Part shown: one piece after another, positions 58,552-64,000 of the stretch
How positions within the stretch are numbered: position 1 is the stretch's first letter
Layout: each line of letters starts with the position of its first letter
NCBI RefSeq assembly: GCF_048261495.1
Contig: NZ_JBLXFX010000001.1
Coordinates: 463,510 to 527,509, forward strand
DNA length: 64,000 bases
Direction: 5' to 3'
From: Salipiger sp.
GTDB lineage: Bacteria; Pseudomonadota; Alphaproteobacteria; Rhodobacterales; Rhodobacteraceae
Notes under the pieces: generated by a model
What the model was told of the DNA's origin: nothing
The model's input: only the letters and a program-made list of their open reading frames with translations
The model's database searches: none
Made by a program: the position numbers and the translations under genes

Positions 58552-59201
58552 GCTGATCTCCCGATCACGTGGTCCACCAGCACGCCGGGCGTCTTGACAG
58601 CATCGGGCGGGATGACTCCGACCGGCACGATTTCCTCGGGTTCCGCGATCACCACGTCTCCCGCCAGGGCCATGATCGGGTTGAAGTTGGTGGCGGTCAG
58701 CATGTAGCTCAGGTTGCCCACGTGATCGCAGCTCCTCGCGGCGATCAGCGCGAAATCGGCGCGCAGCGGCGGTTCCAGAAGGTAGGTCGTGCCCTCGACC
58801 TCGACCGTCCGCTTGCCTTCGGCGATCAGCGTGCCCAGCCCGGTGCGTGTCAGCACCCCGCCGAGCCCGACGCCCGCGGCCCGGATCCGTTCGACGAAGG
58901 TGCCCTGGGGCACGAGTTCGACCTCGAGCGAGCCCTCGCGCATCTGCTCCTGCACGTCGGGGTTGAGACCGATGTGGGAGCCGATGAACTTTCTGACGCA
59001 GCGCGCCCGTATCAGCGGGCCGACGCCGAGGTGCGGGCGGGCGGCATCGTTCACGATCATGGTCAGATCGCGCCTGCCCGACGCGGCCAGCGCCCGGACG
59101 ATGCCGTCGGGCGTTCCCACCCCCATGAAACCCGAGAGCATGACGCGCGCCCCGTCCGGGATCATGGCGACCGCCTCTTCTATGGTTATTGCCCGGTGCA
59201 T
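58548..59201 (-). CDS. 3-oxoacid CoA-transferase subunit A
   Basis: ATG 59201 is preceded by GGAGGGA. MHRAITIEEAVAMIPDGARVMLSGFMGVGTP... and ...ELVPQGTFVERIRAAGVGLGG.... Confidence 0.9.
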   Translation of the reverse strand: MHRAITIEEAVAMIPDGARVMLSGFMGVGTPDGIVRALAASGRRDLTMIVNDAARPHLGVGPLIRARCVRKFIGSHIGLNPDVQEQMREGSLEVELVPQGTFVERIRAAGVGLGGVLTRTGLGTLIAEGKRTVEVEGTTYLLEPPLRADFALIAARSCDHVGNLSYMLTATNFNPIMALAGDVVIAEPEEIVPVGVIPPDAVKTPGVLVDHVIGRSA

Positions 59202-59463
59202 CTCGTTTCCCTCCGTGGATCGGCCCTGCGCGATCAGGAGGGTGGAGCGGCGGATCGGGCCATGAGCCATGTCAAATGCGCTCAAGAAATTCGTCGGGTG
59301 GGGCCTCGGGCCGGCAGATCGCACATCTTGTGGTCGGGCGAACATGGAGCGCTAATCGGCCGCGACCATGATGCAAAAACGCACCGTTTCTTTCATGAAA
59401 CGGCCCGAATGAGGCTGGCTTTCTTGAGGGAACCTTGCCGCGTCACGGGAAAGAAGGCAGAAA

Positions 59464-60393
59464 TTGGGCAGAATTGAGGCATACCGCCACAAAGGCGGGG
59501 GTCAGGTGACAACAAGGACGCGGCAACGCACCGCATCCGGCCGGACCGAAAGGGCAGACTCTGTGATCAAGCGCTTGGTGAAAGCCGGACCGCGGGCGAT
59601 ACTTGTCGCCTTGCTGATAGCCATGCCGGCACTGATGTTGCCGGGCACGTCGTCGGACACGACGCAGATGATCGCCCTTCTGGCGCTTGTCGCGGCGGCG
59701 CTGACCTTCGTGGAATATGTCGGGGATTATCCCTCGATCATCGAATTCCGCGATTCTCCCCCTTTCAACCGGATGCGGTTCGTGGCGCTGTTTCTCACCG
59801 TCCTCGTGCTGACGCTGATCTGCCGCGGCATGTACCACCCGACCACCCTGACCGTATGGCTGGAGTCGCTGGGCGTCCGGCTCGGGGGGGTGCTGGATTT
59901 CCCCTATTCCCCGGTGCGCCTGATGGTGCTGCTGGCCGACGATTCCATGAGCCCCCGGCAGGTGTCGATGATCCGGTCCCACGCCGGGATCGCCTATGTC
60001 TTTTCGCTGGCCACGACGCTGGCCTTCCTGCTGACGGTGCGGCTGCTGAACTGGCCGATCCGGCACGGCGCCTTCAACTTCTGGGTCAACCTGCCGCTGT
60101 TCGACCCGACGGCGGGGGGAGACGTGCTTTATCGTCTCAAGCGGGACAGCCACGTTAACATTGCCTTAGGGTTTCTTCTGCCATTCCTGATCCCGGCGGT
60201 GATGAAGCTGGCGTCGGAAACGCTGAGTCCGATTTCGCTGACCGAGCCGCAGACCCTGATCTGGACGATGAGCGCATGGGCCTTTCTTCCGGCAAGCCTG
60301 ATCATGCGGGGGGTGGCGCTGATGCGGATCGCGGAGCTGATCGAGGAAAAGCGCCGCCGCGCCTACGCCCAGGCGGAATTGCAGGCGGCCTGA
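59464..60393 (+). CDS. hypothetical polytopic membrane protein
   Basis: Several hydrophobic helices and high GC3. The start is uncertain: TTG 59464, GTG 59506 or GTG 59563. No family recognised. Confidence 0.6.
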   Translation: MGRIEAYRHKGGGQVTTRTRQRTASGRTERADSVIKRLVKAGPRAILVALLIAMPALMLPGTSSDTTQMIALLALVAAALTFVEYVGDYPSIIEFRDSPPFNRMRFVALFLTVLVLTLICRGMYHPTTLTVWLESLGVRLGGVLDFPYSPVRLMVLLADDSMSPRQVSMIRSHAGIAYVFSLATTLAFLLTVRLLNWPIRHGAFNFWVNLPLFDPTAGGDVLYRLKRDSHVNIALGFLLPFLIPAVMKLASETLSPISLTEPQTLIWTMSAWAFLPASLIMRGVALMRIAELIEEKRRRAYAQAELQAA

Positions 60394-61346
60394 GGGCGTT
60401 TGCCGCGCTGGCCTGCCTGACCGGAATGGCGGCGGCGGATCCGGTGCGCATCGCGACCTGGAACGCGGACCTGTCGCGGGACGGGCCGGGGCTGCTGTTG
60501 CGGGACATCCTGAAGGATACGCCGGGGACGAGCGCCGTGGCAGAGGCAATCGCCGCGGCGGCGCCCGATATCCTCCTGCTCACGGATGTGGATTTCGATC
60601 ACGACCTTGTCGCGCTCGGCGCCCTGTCCGACCGGATCGAAGGCGCGGGCGGCGCCTATCCCCATCGCTTTGCCCTGCGCCCCAACACCGGCCTGCCCAC
60701 CGGCGCCGATCTGGACGGGGACGGGCGCCTCGGCGGGCCGAGGGACGCGCAGGGTTATGGAGAGTTCGCGGGGCAGGGCGGCATGGCGATCCTTTCGAAA
60801 TGGCCGCTGCGGCCGATCGCCGATTTCTCGGGACTGCTGTGGCGCGATGTGCCCGACACCTCGATGCGGGCCGACGACACCCTGACCGGGGCACAGCGTC
60901 TGTCGACCTCGGGTCATTGGGTTGTCGCGGTCGAGACCCCGGGCGGGGTGCTGACGCTCATGGCCTTTGCCGCCACCCCGCCGGTCTTCGACGGGCCCGA
61001 GGATCGCAACGGGCGGCGCAATCGGGACGAGGTCCTGCTGTGGCGCAGCTATCTCGACGGCGGGATCGCCGCGCCCCCGGAACCGCCCTTCGTGCTGTTC
61101 GGCGATGCCAACCTCGACCCCCTGCGCGGCGATGGTCTGCGGGACGCGATGCGGACGATCCTGGGGGACGCGCGCCTGCGCGACCCGCTGCCGGGCAGGC
61201 CGACGGCGCTCTGGGAGGAGGTCGGCGAGATGCGAGTCAGCTACGTGCTGCCCTCCGCCGGCCTGCGCATCCTTTCCGCCGGGGTGCTGCCCCCCGTGGG
61301 GGAGGAGGCGCATCGCATGGTGATGGTGACGGTCGACCTGCCCTGA
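60276..61346 (+). CDS. endonuclease/exonuclease/phosphatase (EEP) family protein, probably secreted
   Basis: ...VRIATWNADLSRDGPG..., ...PDILLLTDVDFD..., ...HRMVMVTVDL. The start is uncertain: ATG 60276 overlaps the upstream gene by 118 nt, and ATG 60426 would remove the signal-like LRAFAALACLTGMAAA. Confidence 0.7.
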   Translation: MGLSSGKPDHAGGGADADRGADRGKAPPRLRPGGIAGGLRAFAALACLTGMAAADPVRIATWNADLSRDGPGLLLRDILKDTPGTSAVAEAIAAAAPDILLLTDVDFDHDLVALGALSDRIEGAGGAYPHRFALRPNTGLPTGADLDGDGRLGGPRDAQGYGEFAGQGGMAILSKWPLRPIADFSGLLWRDVPDTSMRADDTLTGAQRLSTSGHWVVAVETPGGVLTLMAFAATPPVFDGPEDRNGRRNRDEVLLWRSYLDGGIAAPPEPPFVLFGDANLDPLRGDGLRDAMRTILGDARLRDPLPGRPTALWEEVGEMRVSYVLPSAGLRILSAGVLPPVGEEAHRMVMVTVDLP

Positions 61347-61421
61347 GGCCCCGCTTTCTTGACCATTGCCGCCCCCTCGGATACGGCGTTGCGGGTATTT
61401 CCGAGGAGAGGAACCCCCCAA

Positions 61422-62525
61422 ATGAGCAACCCTTCGCTTCTCATCCTGCCGGGTGACGGCATCGGTCCCGAAGTCATGGCAGAGGTCCGCCGGGTCATCG
61501 ACTGGTTCGGCGCCAAGCGGGGCCTCGTCTTCGACGTGTCCGAGGATCTGGTCGGCGGATGTGCCTATGACAAGCACGGCACCCCGCTGCATGACGACAC
61601 CATGGCAAAGGCGCAGGAGGTGGACGCCGTCCTGCTCGGCGCCGTCGGCGGCCCCAAGTACGACGTGCTGGATTTCTCGGTGAAGCCCGAGCGCGGCCTG
61701 CTGCGCCTGCGCAAGGAGATGGACCTCTACGCCAACCTGCGTCCCGCCCAGTGCTTCGACGCGCTGGCCGACTTCTCGTCGCTGAAAAAGGACGTGGTGG
61801 CCGGGCTCGACATCATGATCATCCGTGAACTGACCTCGGGCGTCTATTTCGGCGAACCGCGCGGCATCTTCGAAGAGGGCAACGAGCGGGTGGGCATCAA
61901 CACCCAGCGCTACACCGAGTCGGAAATCGACCGGGTCGCGCGCTCGGCCTTCGAACTGGCCATGAAGCGCAACAAGAAGCTGTGCTCGATGGAAAAGGCC
62001 AACGTGATGGAATCCGGCGTGCTCTGGCGCGAGGTGGTGACCGAGGTGGCCAAGGATTACCCCGAGGTCGAGCTGAGTCACATGTACGCCGATGCCGGGG
62101 CCATGCAGCTGACCCGCTGGCCCAAGCAGTTCGACGTGATCGTCACGGACAATCTGTTCGGCGACCTGCTGTCGGATCTGGCCGCCATGCTGACCGGCTC
62201 GCTCGGGATGCTGCCGTCGGCCTCGCTGGGCGCTCCGATGGCCAATGGCCGCCCCAAGGCGCTGTACGAGCCGGTGCACGGCTCTGCGCCCGACATCGCG
62301 GGCCAGGGCAAGGCGAACCCGATCGCCTGCGTGCTGAGCTTTGCCATGGCGCTGCGCTACAGCTTCGATCAGGGCGCAGAGGCGGACCGCCTCGAAGCGG
62401 CGATCGAGAAGGTGCTGGCCGACGGTTTCCGCACCGCCGACCTGCTGGGGCAGGAAGGCGTCGCGCCGGTCTCGACCTCGGAAATGGGAACCGAGATCCT
62501 CAAGGCGCTCGACGCCAGCCTCTGA
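61422..62525 (+). CDS. leuB: 3-isopropylmalate dehydrogenase
   Basis: ATG 61422 gives [19 protein letters not shown].... Also ...[26 protein letters not shown].... Confidence 0.95.
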   Translation: MSNPSLLILPGDGIGPEVMAEVRRVIDWFGAKRGLVFDVSEDLVGGCAYDKHGTPLHDDTMAKAQEVDAVLLGAVGGPKYDVLDFSVKPERGLLRLRKEMDLYANLRPAQCFDALADFSSLKKDVVAGLDIMIIRELTSGVYFGEPRGIFEEGNERVGINTQRYTESEIDRVARSAFELAMKRNKKLCSMEKANVMESGVLWREVVTEVAKDYPEVELSHMYADAGAMQLTRWPKQFDVIVTDNLFGDLLSDLAAMLTGSLGMLPSASLGAPMANGRPKALYEPVHGSAPDIAGQGKANPIACVLSFAMALRYSFDQGAEADRLEAAIEKVLADGFRTADLLGQEGVAPVSTSEMGTEILKALDASL

Positions 62526-62549
62526 TCCGGCACATCCCCGTGGATGTCA

Positions 62550-62584
62550 GGCGGCCCCCGGTTCCGTACCGGGGGCCGCCTTTT
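62550..62584 (+). terminator. intrinsic terminator of leuB
   Basis: 12-bp stem GGCGGCCCCCGG / CCGGGGGCCGCC with a 7-nt loop, followed by TTTTGCC. Starts 25 nt after the stop. Confidence 0.8.
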
Positions 62585-62736
62585 GCCGACCCGCACCTGC
62601 CGGTCTATCGGGCAGCTCGCCTTCTCCGCGCACGAAGGACACGCACCGCAGGGGAAGTCCGCCGATCTGCGGTCCCCATCTTGCGGCGCGGTGGCCGTTT
62701 TCGCTAACGGTCGGGAAAGCCCGCAACGGAGGTCGC

Positions 62737-63726
62737 ATGGGACACAATGCCAAGGGGGCGCTGCTGGCGCTTCTCTCCTTCGGAATCTACGCGACCCACG
62801 ATGTGATCGTGAAATTCCTCGGTGCCAGCTACGCGCCGTTCCAGATCGTGTTCTTTTCGGTCCTGCTGAGTTTTCCGCTGGTCACGCTCATGCTGATCCG
62901 CGACACCACGCCCGGCAACCTGCGCCCGGTCCATCCCTGGTGGACGGCGCTGCGGACCGGGTCGGCGGTCATCACCGGACTCTGCGCCTTTTACGCCTTT
63001 TCCGTGCTGCCGCTGGCGGAAACCTATGCCATTCTCTTTGCCCAGCCGCTGCTGATCACCGTGCTGTCGATTCCGATCCTGGGCGAACAGGTCCGCCTGC
63101 GCCGCTGGATCGCCGTGCTCGTGGGCCTTGCCGGGGTGATCGTGGTGCTGCGGCCCGGCGGCACGGATCTGACCCTCGGTCATGCGGCGGCGCTGGTGGC
63201 GGCGGTCTGCGGCTCGCTCGCCTCCATCATCGTGAGAAAGATCGGGCGCGAGGAACGCTCGGTCGTTCTGCTGCTCTATCCGATGCTGGCGAATTTCATC
63301 CTGATGGCCTGCGCGCTGCCCTTCGTCTACGAACCCCTGCCGGCGCTGCATCTCGGCGCTTTCGGCCTGATGGCGCTCATGGCGTTTTCCGGGGGCGCCA
63401 TCCTCATCAGCGCCTATCGGTCGGGGGAAGCGGTGATCGTCGCGCCGATGCAGTATTCGCAGCTGATCTGGGCAGTGCTCTACGGCGCGCTGTTCTTTGA
63501 CGAATTCCCCGACGCGATGACCCTCGCGGGGGCGGGGCTGATCATCGGAAGCGGCATCTACATCGTCCTGCGCGAGGGCCGCAGCAAGGCGTCCGAGAAC
63601 ACCCCGGTGCTGCGCACCCGCTCGCGGCTGGAGACGGGAACCACGCTTCGCATCGGGCCGTGGATCCGGGCCATCCGCGGACGCAATCGGGCGATGAAAG
63701 AGGCCTTGCCAAAGCCGGATGCCTAG
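62737..63726 (+). CDS. DMT family transporter (EamA domains)
   Basis: ATG 62737 has ACGGAGG upstream. Ten hydrophobic helices in two EamA-like halves. Confidence 0.88.
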   Translation: MGHNAKGALLALLSFGIYATHDVIVKFLGASYAPFQIVFFSVLLSFPLVTLMLIRDTTPGNLRPVHPWWTALRTGSAVITGLCAFYAFSVLPLAETYAILFAQPLLITVLSIPILGEQVRLRRWIAVLVGLAGVIVVLRPGGTDLTLGHAAALVAAVCGSLASIIVRKIGREERSVVLLLYPMLANFILMACALPFVYEPLPALHLGAFGLMALMAFSGGAILISAYRSGEAVIVAPMQYSQLIWAVLYGALFFDEFPDAMTLAGAGLIIGSGIYIVLREGRSKASENTPVLRTRSRLETGTTLRIGPWIRAIRGRNRAMKEALPKPDA

Positions 63727-63746
63727 GGTATCCCGCCCGCCACGGT

Positions 63747-63823
63747 CGGGCTGTAGCGCAGCCTGGTAGCGCACCTGCTTCGGGAGCAGGGGGTCGGAGG
63801 TTCGAATCCTCTCAGCCCGACCA
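63747..63823 (+). tRNA. tRNA-Pro (anticodon CGG)
   Basis: Manual cloverleaf. Acceptor CGGGCTG/CAGCCCG. D arm GCGC-AGCCTGGTA-GCGC. Anticodon arm CCTGC-TTCGGGA-GCAGG. T arm GGAGG-TTCGAAT-CCTCT. Discriminator A plus encoded CCA. Confidence 0.93.
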
Positions 63824-63884
63824 GTTTTCCCCGGCTACCGACGAAATGCCCTTGCCGTCCGGCATCCGGACGGCGTGGATGCGG

Positions 63885-64000
63885 CTAGGCCGCTTCTCCT
63901 TCCGCAGCCAGTGCCGCCAGACGGTCTAGCCCCTCGCCCGTGCCGGCAAGGCGCGGCGCACGCGCCTCGGACCCGCCGACGAGCAGGGCGGCCTGTTCGG
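63885..64000 (-). CDS. 3' end of an unidentified gene running in from beyond the window
   Basis: Minus-strand frame ...[37 protein letters not shown]-stop, with G/C-rich third positions. Only 37 codons are visible, so no product call is possible. A 9-bp hairpin at 63854..63874 separates it from the tRNA. Confidence 0.35.
   Translation of the reverse strand, partial: EQAALLVGGSEARAPRLAGTGEGLDRLAALAAEGEAA

Noticed and set aside
60155-60169. A second CtrA-like box, TTAACATTGCCTTAG (TTAA-N7-TTAG).
   Set aside because: It lies in the middle of the coding region of the hypothetical membrane protein, far from any start codon, and is most likely a chance match.
63747-64000. The tRNA-Pro as an integration hotspot marking the edge of a genomic island.
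   Set aside because: No integrase, direct repeat of the tRNA 3' end, or compositional shift is visible in the roughly 180 nt that remain in the window. Only a hairpin and the 3' end of a convergent ordinary-looking gene follow it. This cannot be assessed further from the window.

Overview
This is a GC-rich chromosomal segment (judged by eye, not computed). Its gene content and order point to an alphaproteobacterium, probably Rhodobacteraceae. That inference rests on the fliL / fliF-fliH-fliN-fliP block, the tlpA-argH-lysA-TIGR02302 synteny, homospermidine synthase, and a characteristic intergenic repeat.

I can support about 56 protein-coding genes, one tRNA-Pro(CGG), five copies of a REP-like repeat at four loci, and several intrinsic terminators.

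The content is mostly housekeeping:
- Glycine cleavage: gcvP (3' part only).
- Transport and lipid: tesA with a ybbA/ybbP-like ABC pair, an alanine:cation symporter, an MFS transporter, an MscS-family channel, and a DMT permease.
- Motility: a 7-gene flagellar sub-cluster.
- tRNA and translation: trhO, arfB, yhhQ.
- NAD salvage: pncA and pncB, with a hybrid histidine kinase lying between them.
- Amino acid and polyamine metabolism: homospermidine synthase, hisC-tyrC, argH, lysA, and leuCD...leuB split by a 3.7-kb insert.
- Envelope: mepA, and an alpha-2-macroglobulin/PBP1C operon with an extra gene wedged in.
- Other: an orphan RTX protein, recQ, yaaA, a thiolase, and a CoA-transferase A/B pair.

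I saw no rRNA, CRISPR array, transposase, integrase, phage gene or recognisable defence gene. The very long ORFs antisense to real genes are typical high-GC shadow ORFs.

The signal I find most unusual is the 268-nt yhhQ-arfB spacer. It carries:
- a 17-nt perfect complement of the 16S rRNA 3' tail;
- a GTG-initiated 18-codon basic sORF immediately downstream of it;
- a matching anti-SD about 100 nt further on;
- a strong intrinsic terminator directly in front of the SD-less ribosome-rescue gene arfB.

Its function is entirely inferred.

Limits: all start codons and RNA structures were derived by eye, family names come from my recognition of motifs, and no database search or folding computation was possible.
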